From positions 576,010 to 640,009 of the forward strand of contig CAWBMO010000001.1 of NCBI GenBank assembly GCA_963789965.1: DNA of 64,000 nucleotides. Reading direction: 5' to 3'. Of the stretch, positions 9,271-19,300 are shown one piece after another. The stretch is from an uncultured Acidobacteriota bacterium. GTDB taxonomy: Bacteria > Acidobacteriota > Vicinamibacteria > Vicinamibacterales > CAVVIG01. The notes beneath the pieces were generated by a model, which did no database searches, was not told the origin of the DNA, and saw nothing but the letters and a program-made list of their open reading frames with translations. The stretch's first letter is position 1. Each line of letters begins with the position of its first letter. Both the position numbers and the translations under genes were made by a program.

Positions 9271-10566
9271 TCAGTGCGCTCCCACTGGGTGCCGCGCTCG
9301 CCAGCCGGCCGGCAGCGTGCAGCGTCCTTCTGTGATGTGCGATTCGTATTCGTGCCGGAAGTGCTTCAGGGTCGTGACCACGGGCGTGACCGCCGCGTCC
9401 CCGAAGGCGCAGAGCGTCTTGCCCGCGATGTTCGCCGAGATCCCCGACAGCAGATCGAGGTCGCGCATCTGCCCCTCGCCGCGCTCGATCTTGTGGAGAA
9501 TCTTGTACAGCCAGTCGGTGCCTTCACGGCACGGCGTGCACTTTCCGCACGATTCATGGCGGTAGAAGTGCAGCAGGTTCAGCGCGAGCCAGACCATGCA
9601 CGTCGTGTCGTCGAGCGCGACGATCCCCGCGGACCCGAGCAGCGAGCCCGCCTTCTGGATGCCGTCGAAGCTCGCCTGCGTATCGAGTTGCTCCGGCAGC
9701 AGGATCGGGACCGACGATCCGCCGGGAATCACCGCCTTCAACGTGCGCCCGTCGCGCACGCCGCCGCCATAGCCTTCGATCAACCCGCGTAGCGTCACGT
9801 CCATTGACGCTTCGTACACGCCGGGCCGCCTCACATGCCCGCTGACGCAGTACAGCTTCGGTCCGCCATTCTTCTCGGGGCCGAGACTGGCGAACCACTC
9901 GGCGCCGTTCAGGACGACGAGTGGAACGTTGCAGAGCGTTTCGACGTTGTTCACGGCCGTGGGCGCGTTGTAGAGGCCGACGACGGCGGGAAACGGCGGC
10001 TTGTTCCGGGGTTGCGCGCGCTTCCCTTCGAGCGATTCGAGGAGCGCGGTCTCTTCGCCGGCTTCGTACGCGCCGGCGCCGCGGTGCATGAAGACATCGC
10101 AGTCGAAGCCGGAGCCGAGCACGTTCTTGCCGAGGAACCCGCGCGCGTACGCCTCGGCGATTGCCGTCTCGAGCACGCGCTGCACGTGCAGGAACTCGCC
10201 TCGTATGTAGATGTAGGCGACTTTCGCGCCGATGGCGTAGCAGCCGATGGCGCACCCCTCGATGAGCAGATGGGGATTGCGCTCCATCAGCAGGTGGTCC
10301 TTGAACGTGCCCGGCTCGCTTTCGTCCGCGTTGCAGGCGATGTAGCGCGGTTTCTCGGACTTCTTGTCGACGAATTGCCACTTCATTCCCGTCGGGAATC
10401 CGGCGCCGCCGCGGCCGCGCAGCCCCGACGCTTTCACCATCTCGATCACGTCATCGGGCTTCATCGCGAGCGCTTTGCGAAGCGCGTCGTAGCCCTGATG
10501 CTGCAGGTAGAAATCGAGCGTGAAGGAGTTCGGCTCGCGAACGTATGTCGTGAGAATTGGATCCAC
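9271..10566 (-). CDS. nuoF: NADH-quinone oxidoreductase subunit F
   Basis: SGLRGRGGAGFPTG, NADESEPGTFKD, GEETALLESLEG, HESCGKCTPCREG. Confidence 0.97.
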   Translation of the reverse strand: MDPILTTYVREPNSFTLDFYLQHQGYDALRKALAMKPDDVIEMVKASGLRGRGGAGFPTGMKWQFVDKKSEKPRYIACNADESEPGTFKDHLLMERNPHLLIEGCAIGCYAIGAKVAYIYIRGEFLHVQRVLETAIAEAYARGFLGKNVLGSGFDCDVFMHRGAGAYEAGEETALLESLEGKRAQPRNKPPFPAVVGLYNAPTAVNNVETLCNVPLVVLNGAEWFASLGPEKNGGPKLYCVSGHVRRPGVYEASMDVTLRGLIEGYGGGVRDGRTLKAVIPGGSSVPILLPEQLDTQASFDGIQKAGSLLGSAGIVALDDTTCMVWLALNLLHFYRHESCGKCTPCREGTDWLYKILHKIERGEGQMRDLDLLSGISANIAGKTLCAFGDAAVTPVVTTLKHFRHEYESHITEGRCTLPAGWRARHPVGAH

Positions 10567-10572
10567 TTTAAT

Positions 10573-10717
10573 TCACTGGCGCCGGGGCCCCACCCCCGGC
10601 GCGAACTGACGCTGATGCCTCGCCTCGGCTTTGCTTGGCCTCGGCTCGGCATGGCCGCAGGCGCTTCCCGCTCTCCGCTCTCTCCTGCCCATCCCGCCCA
10701 TCCTGCCTATCCTGCCT
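10573..10717. repeat. Composite structured repeat between nuoE and nuoF
   Basis: Hairpin GCGCCGGGG-CCCCA-CCCCCGGCGC, repeated gcctcggct units, then a 9-mer (TCCTGCCCA)x4 that contains the nuoE stop. Confidence 0.7.
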
Positions 10718-11318
10718 TTTGCGATTCGATCACGTGGTGGCAGCCGCTGACCGCGTCTTCCCCGCGGGCGCGAAGGTCGTCGACAAGCTTCGCCGCATCC
10801 TCCGGCTTCAGGCACTCGTGCCAGGCGTCGTTGACCATCACGACCGGCGCGCGATCGCATGCGCCGAGGCATTCGACTTCGACGAGCGTGAAGGTCTTCG
10901 TCGCGTCGGTCTCCCCGGGATGGATGCCAAGCTTGTCCTGCAGCGCTTCGGTCACAAGCTCGGCGCCGTTCAGCGCGCACGACAGGGTGCGGCACACCTG
11001 CAGGACGAACTTCCCCACCGGCTTCGTGTAAAACATCGTGTAGAACGAGACAACGTCCTCGACATCGGCCGGCGTGATCTCGAGCAGCCCGGCGACATAG
11101 CGAATCGCGTTCGCGGTGATGTAGCCCTGCTGGTGCTGGGCGAGATACAGCGCAGGCAGGACTGCCGACCGGCGGCGATCCGGCGGATAGTGCGTGACGA
11201 TGTCGTCGAAACGCGCGCGGTTTTCCGGTGTGTAGACGAACGGCGGCCCTTCGTCTTCGAGCTGGCGCGACGACTTGTGGAACGTCGCACCGTACGCCAT
11301 CTGCGGATGAAACGTCAC
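10707..11318 (-). CDS. nuoE: NADH-quinone oxidoreductase subunit E
   Basis: VSFYTMF, VCRTLSCALNG and ECLGACDRAP 2Fe-2S motifs. Confidence 0.96.
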   Translation of the reverse strand: MTFHPQMAYGATFHKSSRQLEDEGPPFVYTPENRARFDDIVTHYPPDRRRSAVLPALYLAQHQQGYITANAIRYVAGLLEITPADVEDVVSFYTMFYTKPVGKFVLQVCRTLSCALNGAELVTEALQDKLGIHPGETDATKTFTLVEVECLGACDRAPVVMVNDAWHECLKPEDAAKLVDDLRARGEDAVSGCHHVIESQKAG

Positions 11319-12496
11319 CGGTCCACGTCCCCCATCACCACGTCAATGGATCCAATCACCGCGATGACATCGGCGATGAGTCCGCCGATGATCATGCGTT
11401 CGAGCGCCTGACAGGCAAGGAGCGAGGGCGCCCGCGACTTGATCCGCCACGGCCGGTTCGTGCCATCGGACACGACCGAGAATCCATGCTCGCCGCGCGG
11501 ACCTTCGACCGGCACGTACGCCTCGCCGGCCGGTACGGTGAACCCCTGCGAGTAGATCAGGAAGTGTTGAATGAGCGCTTCCATCTCCGTGTAGACCCGA
11601 TCCTTGGGCGGCGGCGTGATCCGTGGATCGTCGATCGCGAACGGCCCGGTGGGCGTGATCCGCTCGAGCGCTTGCCGGCAAATCTTGAGGCTCTCGCGCA
11701 TCTCGGCGATCCGGACCTGATAGCGCGAGTACACGTCGCCCCGCGTCTGGACCGGCACGCTGAACTCGTACGTCTCGTAGCCCAGGTACGGGAAGTACTT
11801 GCGCACGTCGTAGTCCACTCCCGCCGCGCGGGCGATGGGTCCAACCAGGCCGTACGCGACGGCATCGTCTTTCGAAATGACGCCGACGCCCTGTGTGCGC
11901 TTCAGGTAGATCTCGTTCTTCGAAAGGAGATCCTCGTATTCGTCGAGCTTCGACGGCAGGCGATCGAGAAACGCGCGGACGGCATCGTGAAAGCCCCGGG
12001 GCAGATCCTCACGAAGCCCGCCGATACGCATGTAGCTCGGGAACAGGCGGAAGCCGGCGAGCAGCTCGTTGATATTGAGCAGCAGTTCGCGCTCGCGGAA
12101 GCAGTAGAGCATCACCGACACGGCGCCTACTTCCATGCCGTGCGTGCCGAGCCAGACCAGATGACTGTTGATGCGCTGCAGCTCGGCCAGCAGCACGCGG
12201 ATAGTGCGAACCCGGTCTGGCAGCTCGATGTCGAGCAGCTTCTCCACCGACAGGCAGAAAGCCATGCTGTTTGACTGGGCGCTCAGATAGTCCATCCGCT
12301 CGACGAGCGGGATCACCTGCTGCCACTTCTTCTGCTCGGTCGTCTTCTCGATGCCGGTGTGGAGGTACCCGATCGTCGGCGACGCCGACACGACCGTCTC
12401 GCCATCGAGCTCGAGCACCAGCCGCAGCACGCCGTGCGTGCTGGGGTGCTGCGGCCCCATGTTGACGGTCATCGTTTCGGTGCGGATCTCGGGCAT
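11315..12496 (-). CDS. nuoD: NADH-quinone oxidoreductase subunit D
   Basis: NMGPQHPSTHGVLRL, IGYLHTGIEK, ERMDY, D.VMGDVDR. Confidence 0.97.
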   Translation of the reverse strand: MPEIRTETMTVNMGPQHPSTHGVLRLVLELDGETVVSASPTIGYLHTGIEKTTEQKKWQQVIPLVERMDYLSAQSNSMAFCLSVEKLLDIELPDRVRTIRVLLAELQRINSHLVWLGTHGMEVGAVSVMLYCFRERELLLNINELLAGFRLFPSYMRIGGLREDLPRGFHDAVRAFLDRLPSKLDEYEDLLSKNEIYLKRTQGVGVISKDDAVAYGLVGPIARAAGVDYDVRKYFPYLGYETYEFSVPVQTRGDVYSRYQVRIAEMRESLKICRQALERITPTGPFAIDDPRITPPPKDRVYTEMEALIQHFLIYSQGFTVPAGEAYVPVEGPRGEHGFSVVSDGTNRPWRIKSRAPSLLACQALERMIIGGLIADVIAVIGSIDVVMGDVDR

Positions 12497-12514
12497 CTAT
12501 TTTCCGCACCTGTT

Positions 12515-12589
12515 CATCACGAAGACACGAAGGGCACGAAGGTACACGAAATCCATAGTTTCTCTTCGTGTTCTTCGTGCCCTCGTGAT
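12515..12589. repeat. Hairpin element of CACGAAG 8-9-bp units between nuoC and nuoD
   Basis: atcacgaagacacgaagggcacgaaggtacacgaa...ttcgtgttcttcgtgccctcgtgat. Confidence 0.8.
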
Positions 12590-12606
12590 AGGCAGGCGTT
12601 CGGACA

Positions 12607-13155
12607 TCAGGACCTCGTCAACCGATCGCGCTGCAGGTTCGCACGGAATTCCTCCTCGGTCACCTGCAGCGGCTCGCTCGAGCGCGGCGTCATGTTGATC
12701 TGCACCGGATAATCCTTGCGCAGCGGAAACCCGTCCCAGTCCTCGGGCATCAGCAGCCGTCGCGGATCGGGATGGCCGTCGAAGACGACCCCGAACAGGT
12801 CCCAGACCTCGCGCTCCAGCCAGTTGGCGGCCGGCCACACGCTGGTCACCGTCCGCACGCGGGCATCAGCGCCCTGCAGTCGGACCTTGAGCCGCAGTCG
12901 ACGCCGGTGTTCCAGGGAGAGCAGGAGGTAGACGAGCTCGAAGCGCGGCTCGCGCGGGTGATAGTCGACGGCGGTCAGCTCGATGAGCAGCGAGTACCGC
13001 AGATCCGGCCGATCGCGCAGCGCCCGCGCCACCGCCGGCACATCGTCGCGCGACACGTAGATGGTGGTCTGCAGATCGACGCTGGGCGCGGCCTCGAAGG
13101 TCGCACCGGGCACCTCCTCGTGCAGCGACGCGATAAGCGCGGTGGAATCTGACAT
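12607..13155 (-). CDS. nuoC: NADH-quinone oxidoreductase subunit C
   Basis: ANWLEREVWDLFGVVFDGHPDPRRLLMP..W.GFPLRKDYP. Confidence 0.96.
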   Translation of the reverse strand: MSDSTALIASLHEEVPGATFEAAPSVDLQTTIYVSRDDVPAVARALRDRPDLRYSLLIELTAVDYHPREPRFELVYLLLSLEHRRRLRLKVRLQGADARVRTVTSVWPAANWLEREVWDLFGVVFDGHPDPRRLLMPEDWDGFPLRKDYPVQINMTPRSSEPLQVTEEEFRANLQRDRLTRS

Positions 13156-13200
13156 GTTCGACACGTTCGACAAGCTCGACAGGCTCAACTAGCTCAATTA
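13154..13200. repeat. 9-bp degenerate tandem repeat between nuoB and nuoC
   Basis: gttcgacac gttcgacaa gctcgacag gctcaacta gctcaatta. Confidence 0.75.
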
Positions 13201-13662
13201 GACGAGCTTTTGCAGCGCGATCTTCCGCTGAAGCTGCACGATGCCATAAATGAGCGATTCGGGGCGCGGCGGGCAGCCTGGCACGTACACGTCGACAGGG
13301 ACGATCTGGTCGACACCCTGGACGAGCGCGTAGTTGTCGAACACGCCGCCGATCGACGCGCAGGCGCCCATCGAGATCACCCACTTGGGTTCCGGCATCT
13401 GGTCGTAGATGCGGCGAAGCGCCGGCGCCATCTTCCTCGAAAGGCGGCCGGCCACAATCATCAGATCGGACTGTCGCGGGCTGCCGCGAAAGACTTCGGC
13501 GCCGAAGCGCGCGATGTCGTAACGCGAGCAGCTCATGGCCATCATCTCAATCGCGCAGCATGCGAGGCCGAAGGTGACGGGCCAGATCGACGAGCGGCGG
13601 GCCCACTGGACCATTTTTTCAACCGACGTGGTCAATACCGGAATTTCTGCCTCGAGCCCCAT
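13198..13662 (-). CDS. nuoB: NADH-quinone oxidoreductase subunit B
   Basis: [32 protein letters not shown]. Confidence 0.97.
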   Translation of the reverse strand: MGLEAEIPVLTTSVEKMVQWARRSSIWPVTFGLACCAIEMMAMSCSRYDIARFGAEVFRGSPRQSDLMIVAGRLSRKMAPALRRIYDQMPEPKWVISMGACASIGGVFDNYALVQGVDQIVPVDVYVPGCPPRPESLIYGIVQLQRKIALQKLV

Positions 13663-14027
13663 TACACCTTCTCGTTTCCCCAGTCGAGCGCCCCTTTGCG
13701 CCAGACATAGACGTATCCCGCGAGCAGCAGGACCATGAACAACACCACCTGCGCGAAGCCGGTCCAGCCCAGGTCGCGCAGCGCCATCGCCCATGGATAC
13801 AGAAAAGCCACTTCGATATCGAACAGCAGGAAGATCATCGCGACGAGGTAGAACTTGACCGACTGCCGCTCGCGTGCGTCGCCGACCGCCGGCATGCCGC
13901 ACTCGTACGGGGCGGATTTTTCGGGGGTCGGCTTGCGCGGACCGAGCACGCTCGATAACAGCACCGAGATCAGCGCGAACCCGGCGCCGAGCGCAATCAT
14001 GATGAGGATGGAAATCCAGCCCTGCAT
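13662..14027 (-). CDS. nuoA: NADH-quinone oxidoreductase subunit A
   Basis: [33 protein letters not shown]. Confidence 0.97.
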   Translation of the reverse strand: MQGWISILIMIALGAGFALISVLLSSVLGPRKPTPEKSAPYECGMPAVGDARERQSVKFYLVAMIFLLFDIEVAFLYPWAMALRDLGWTGFAQVVLFMVLLLAGYVYVWRKGALDWGNEKV

Positions 14028-14113
14028 GGGGATGGGGGCGTCTTTCCGATCGGGTTTCCAGCGCGGCTGCCGTTCTGGGGGCCCCGGGTTGTTCGCGGAC
14101 GCGCGCGCTTGGC

Positions 14114-14131
14114 TTGTGAACGATTTCGCAA
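14114..14131. promoter_or_regulatory. Putative Rex operator upstream of nuoA
   Basis: TTGTGAA-CGAT-TTCGCAA, one mismatch to TTGTGAA-N4-TTCACAA; the palindrome extends to GGCTTG...CAAGCC. Confidence 0.7.
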
Positions 14132-14143
14132 GCCCAGGGCCTC

Positions 14144-14172
14144 ATGCTAGCGCATCGCTCTCACTTAGTCGA
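14144..14172 (-). promoter_or_regulatory. Putative sigma70 promoter of the nuo operon
   Basis: Minus strand TCGACT-N17-TAGCAT, just upstream of the Rex-like box. Confidence 0.5.
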
Positions 14173-14193
14173 TAGCGAGGCCCGTTCCGGCTG

Positions 14194-14318
14194 GGGGACG
14201 GCCTTTAGGCCGTCCCCCCGAGGGCGGGATTCGTAGATCCTTGAGCGGAAGTGCGCGGCACGCCCTGAAGGGCGTGCCCTACCGATACATCGGTCGGGCA
14301 CGGCCTTCAGGCCGTTCC
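14194..14318. repeat. REP palindromes upstream of the RAYT gene
   Basis: GGGGACGGCCTTTAGGCCGTCCCC, then the head-to-head pair GGCACGCCCTGAAGGGCGTGCCCTAC / GGGCACGGCCTTCAGGCCGTTCC. Confidence 0.85.
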
Positions 14319-14372
14319 AAGAATGTCCCCGCAACGTTCCCCAAGGCACGGTCATTGCGACACGTCGGCGGC

Positions 14373-14864
14373 GTGTCTCGACGACCACGTCGCCTCACGA
14401 CATTCAGCTACGTCGGTTTTCATCGCTATTCACTGACGTTCTGCACAGCCGGGCGCAGTCCGGTCTTCATCGAGCCAGCTGTGATTGATGAAGCAATCAA
14501 TGAAATTTCACGAGCTGCGGCTTCTCATGAGTTTGCAGTTCTTGCGTACTGCTTCATGGCCGATCACTTGCACCTGCTGCTGGAAGCGACCTCCGAAACC
14601 TCGGATCTCGTAGCGTTCGCCGTCGAAGCGAAGCAGCGAACCTCGTACCGTTATCGTCGCCAACAGGATCGGGCGCTGTGGCAAAAGGGCTATTACGAGC
14701 ATGTCCTCCGGGACGACGAAGCAACCCTAGTTGTGGCTCGATACATTTTGGCCAACCCGGTGCGAGCAGGGATCGTACAGGAGTCCCATGACTATCCGTT
14801 CTCAGGTTCGCTCGTCTTCGACAGGCGACAGCTCGATGAATTATGGAGGAGCGTTGCGGAGTGA
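14373..14864 (+). mobile_element. REP-associated tyrosine transposase (RAYT, HUH Y1 family)
   Basis: YSLTFCT, AYCFMADHLHLL (HUH), LWQKGYYEH, YILANPVRAG; flanked by REPs. Confidence 0.92.
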
Positions 14865-14865
14865 T

Positions 14866-15259
14866 CGTTCGGCACGCCCTGAAGGGCGTGCCCTACCGGT
14901 ACACCTTCGCGGCGCACGTCGACCGTCGTTCGGCACGCCCTGAAGGGCGTGCCCTACCGATACACTCTCGCGGCGCACGTCGACCGTCGTTCGGCACGCC
15001 CTGAAGGGCGTGCCCTACCGGAACACTTTCGCGGCGCACGTCGACCGTCGTTCGGCACGCCCTGAAGGGCGTGCCCTACCGATACACTCTCGCGGCCACG
15101 TCGACCGTCGTTCGGCACGCCCTGAAGGGCGTGCCCTACCGGAACACTTTCGCGGCGCACGTCGACCGTCGTTCGGCACGCCCTGAAGGGCGTGCCCTAC
15201 CGATACACTCTCGCGGCGCACGTCGACCGTCGTTCGGCACGCCCTGAAGGGCGTGCCCT
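14866..15259 (-). repeat. Tandem array of 7 GTAG-type REPs, 61-bp period
   Basis: Core GGCACGCCCTGAAGGGCGTGCCC at 14871, 14932, 14993, 15054, 15114, 15175, 15236; reads GTAGGGCACGCCCTTCAGGGCGTGCC on the minus strand. Confidence 0.95.
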
Positions 15260-15278
15260 GCATCAGTGCCCCACATCA

Positions 15279-15318
15279 GTAGGGGACGGCCTTCAGGCCG
15301 TCCCGTCGAGGGCGGGAT
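15279..15318 (+). repeat. Second-class REP, direct repeat of 14194-14230
   Basis: GTAGGGGACGGCCTTCAGGCCGTCCC...GAGGGCGGGAT. Confidence 0.85.
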
Positions 15319-15323
15319 CATCC

Positions 15324-15950
15324 TTATTCAACCAACACCGCGGGGCACCATCCGCGCACCGAATTCACCAGCCAGAAGCGAGGCGCCGCCTTCAACTGCT
15401 CGACCGTCACCACCGCTTCGCTGACCTCGCCGGTCGCCAGCAGCTCCGCGCGCAGCGTGCCGGGCAGAAGACCGCAGGCGATCGGCGGCGTGATCCGCCG
15501 GCCCCCGGGGTGACTGTCATCGACGGCTTCGACGACGAGGTTGGCGATGGTCGATTCAGTGACCTCGCCGGCCGGATTCCACAAAATCACATCGTCGCAG
15601 TCAGGACGGCGGGCGCGGTCGTAGACGGTGCGGTTCGTGGTCTTGTGATACAGAAATTCGTTGGAAGGGTCGATCGGATGCTCCGCGAGCCGCACGCGCC
15701 ACACGCCGTCGCGATGATCGAGCGGCGTGTGCTCGACGCGAACGGCCCCGTCTTCAGCGAGCAGCAGGCGCACGCGCAGCGGCGCATCAGCCGACCGCAC
15801 GGCGCGATCGAGCGCCTCGCGGATCGCACTCTGCGAACAGGCGAATCGGAAGTGGCGCGCGGAGTCGTCGAGGCGCGCGAGGTGGCGGCCGAGCAGGTAC
15901 CACCCGTCCCGCGGCGTCCATCGCATCGTCTCCAGGAGCTCGAACGGCAC
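15324..15950 (-). CDS. Aminotransferase class IV (PabC/ADC-lyase-like)
   Basis: FELLETMR, FLYHKTTNR, GEVTESTIANL, GLLPGTLR, NSVRGW. Confidence 0.88.
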   Translation of the reverse strand: MPFELLETMRWTPRDGWYLLGRHLARLDDSARHFRFACSQSAIREALDRAVRSADAPLRVRLLLAEDGAVRVEHTPLDHRDGVWRVRLAEHPIDPSNEFLYHKTTNRTVYDRARRPDCDDVILWNPAGEVTESTIANLVVEAVDDSHPGGRRITPPIACGLLPGTLRAELLATGEVSEAVVTVEQLKAAPRFWLVNSVRGWCPAVLVE

Positions 15951-15991
15951 GGACGTGTGTGGCGGCGGGATGCCGTCGTGTGCGCTTGACG

Positions 15992-16261
15992 CTATTGCGA
16001 GCTCGCCGCGTTGGTCACGGTCATGCGGCGATCGACTTCCTCGATGGCCTGCCGAATCTGCGCGCGGCGCCGTTCGTGGCCGGTCGCGGCCAGTTGCCGC
16101 TCGAGCTCGGTCCGCGCGAGCCGCAGTGACTCGAGCGCGTGCACGCGCTCAGGATCGCGCACCGTCTTCGGCTGCCGGTGCACACGCGCCCGTTCCATTT
16201 CTTCCATGCGCTCCTGAATGCGCGCTTCAGCGTCGATAAGCCCTTCGCCCGAATCACCCAT
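15992..16261 (-). CDS. Hypothetical coiled-coil protein
   Basis: 89-aa helical ORF filling the gap. Confidence 0.65.
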   Translation of the reverse strand: MGDSGEGLIDAEARIQERMEEMERARVHRQPKTVRDPERVHALESLRLARTELERQLAATGHERRRAQIRQAIEEVDRRMTVTNAASSQ

Positions 16262-16328
16262 GAATGCCCTTTGTCCTTTTCTCCGAGGTTTCGCTAGTCC
16301 TTGACGTACACATTATAAGATCGCGCAC

Positions 16329-19300
16329 GTGACCGCGCGCGCGAATAACGACCCGCTGCAACCTTTCCATCCAGCCGTGCGCGAGTGGTTCAGCGGCGCG
16401 TTCGAGGGGCCCACACGTCCGCAAACGCTCGGTTGGCCGGCGATCGCGCGCGGTGACTCGACCTTGGTGCTCGCTCCAACAGGCAGCGGGAAGACGCTGG
16501 CCGCCTTTCTTTTCTGTCTCGATCGGCTGATGTTCACGCCCCAACCGCCGAAAGCGAGCCGTTGCCGTGTGCTGTACGTGTCGCCCCTCAAGGCGCTTGC
16601 GGTCGATGTTGAACGCAACCTGCGCGCGCCGCTCGCCGGAATCGCGCAGGTCGCCGGGCGGCGCGGCGACGCCTTTGTCACGCCGGCGATCGCGATTCGA
16701 ACCGGCGACACGCCGCAGAGCGACCGCGCCAGGTTTCAGCGCGAGCCGGCCGACATCCTGATCACGACGCCCGAATCACTCTATCTGCTCCTGACCTCGA
16801 ACGCACGCGAGGCGCTCCGCTCGATCGATACCGTCATCATCGACGAGATCCACGCGCTCGTGCCGACCAAGCGCGGCGCCCACCTCATGTTGTCGATCGA
16901 GCGGCTGGCCGCGCTCACCGGACATTCCCTCGGGGCGTTCCAGGCCGGCCAGCGCCTCCAGCGCATCGGCTTGTCCGCGACGCAGCGGCCGCTCGACGAG
17001 GTCGCCCGCTTCCTCGGCGGCGTCGAACGCGTGTCGTCGCAGCGCCACCGGGCCGCCGATGCGGAGACCGACATCGCCGACGAATTTTCCAGCCATCAAG
17101 GGGAGGTCCGCTATCGGCCGGTGACCATCGTCGACGCCGGCGCGAAGAAATCGCTGAAGCTCACCATCGAAGTCCCTGTTGAAGACATGGCGCGGCTGAC
17201 CACGGCCGACGATCTACCGAGCGGGCCCGCCTCGGTCGGCGATCAGCGGCCTTCGATCTGGTCGGCCATTCACCCGCGGTTGCTCGAGTTGATTCGCGGC
17301 CATCGCTCGACGCTGATCTTCGTGAACAGCCGCCGGCTGGCTGAGCGCCTCGCGGGCGCGCTCAACGAGCTGGCCGGCGAAACGCTCGTGCGATCCCATC
17401 ACGGATCGATCGCCCGCGCGCAACGGGTGGAAGTGGAAGACCTGCTGAAGGCGGGCGCGCTGCGGGCACTCGTCGCGACCTCATCACTCGAGCTCGGGAT
17501 CGACATGGGCGCCATCGATCTCGTCGTGCAGATCGAAGCACCGCCATCGGTCGCCAGCGGGCTGCAACGCATAGGACGCGGCGGCCATCAGGCCAACGCG
17601 GTGAGCGAAGGGGTGATCTTCCCGAAATTTCGCGGCGATCTTGTGGCGAGCGCCGCCGTGGCGAAAGCCATGCACGACGCGGCCGTGGAGGCGACGCGCT
17701 ATCCACGCAACCCTCTCGATATCGTCGCCCAGCAGATCGTCGCGATGGTCTCGATGGACACCTGGGATGCCGATGACCTCTTCGCCACTATCCGCCGCGC
17801 GGCGCCATTTGCCGAGTTGAGCCGGACAATATTTGAAGGCGTGCTCGACATGCTGTCGGGCCGCTACCCGTCCGACGAATTCGCGGAGCTGCGTCCGCGC
17901 GTCACCTGGGATCGGTTGAAGGGCACGATCACCGCGCGGGAGGGGGCCAAGCGCGTGGCGATTGCGAACGGCGGGACGATTCCGGATCGCGGACTGTACG
18001 GTGTGTTCCTGATCGGATCCGATCCCTCGAAATCTTCGGCCCCGGGCGCCGCCCGTGTCGGCGAGCTGGACGAAGAAATGGTGTTCGAGACCCACGTCGG
18101 CGAGACGTTCGTCCTCGGCGCCTCGACGTGGCGGATCGAGGAGATCACGCACGATCGCGTGCTCGTGTCGCCTGCGCCCGGCGAGCCGGGGAAGATGCCG
18201 TTCTGGAAAGGCGATCGCGCCGGTCGTCCACTCGAGCTCGGGCTCGCGATCGGCCGCCTCATGCACGATCTCCTGCGGCTGACGCCGGCCGCCGCCGTGC
18301 ATCGATTGACGCGCGATCACGATCTGGACGCCCGGGCCGCCGAGAACCTGCTCGAGTACCTGCGGGATCAGGTCGCCGCCACGCGCGTACTGCCCGATGC
18401 CAGTTCGATCATCGTCGAGCGGGTGCGCGACGAGCTCGGCGATTGGCGGATCTGCGTGCTGTCGCCGCGGGGCGGACGCATTCATGCCCCGTGGGCCATG
18501 GCCGCGGCGGCGAAGATTCGCGAAGAGACGGGCGTCGAAGTCGAGACGCTGTGGGGAGACGACGGGTTCGTGGTGCGGTTTCCGGATGTCGACCAGCCGC
18601 CGGAGCCGCGGCTGCTGCTGCCCGACCCGGATGAAGTGCAGGCGCTGGTGGTGCGCCAGCTTGGCGCGACGGCGCTCTTCGCGGCGAAATTCCGGGAGAA
18701 CGCCGCGCGATCCCTGCTGCTGCCGAAGCGCCGGCCCGGCATGCGCGCGCCGTTGTGGCAGCAACGGAAGCGGGCCGCCGATCTGCTCGCCGTCGCATCG
18801 CGCTACGGGTCGTTCCCTGTCCTGCTCGAGACGTATCGTGAATGCCTGCGCGACTTCTTCGACATGCCGGCCCTGATCAGCACGCTGACCGATGTCCGAA
18901 GCCGCAAGATTCGCGTCGCGACGGTCGACTCCGAAAAGCCGTCGCCGTTTGCGGCGTCGCTGCTCTTCAGCTACGTCGCCAGCTTTCTGTACGACGGGGA
19001 CGCGCCGCTCGCCGAGCGGCGGGCACAGGCGCTTGCGGTCGACCAGACCCAGCTGCGCGAACTCCTTGGCGACGCGGAGCTGCGCGAGCTGCTGGACGCC
19101 GAGTCGATGGAAGCGATCGAGCGCCAGCTTCAACGGCTCGATTCGCAGTACCGCGCCAGGAGCGCCGATGGCGTTCACGACATGCTGCTGGGGATCGGCG
19201 ATCTCACCAGGGAAGAACTGCTCGAACGGGCGCTGAACGTGGCCGCCGCCGAGAGCGTCGATGCGCTCACCGATGCGCGCCGGATTCTCAGCGTGCGCAT

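Noticed and set aside
14866-15259. CRISPR array
   Set aside because: The 'spacers' are near-identical, there are no cas genes, and the repeat is a GTAG REP beside a RAYT.
14954-15321. Short repetitive ORFs over the REP array
   Set aside because: Translation artefacts of the tandem repeat.
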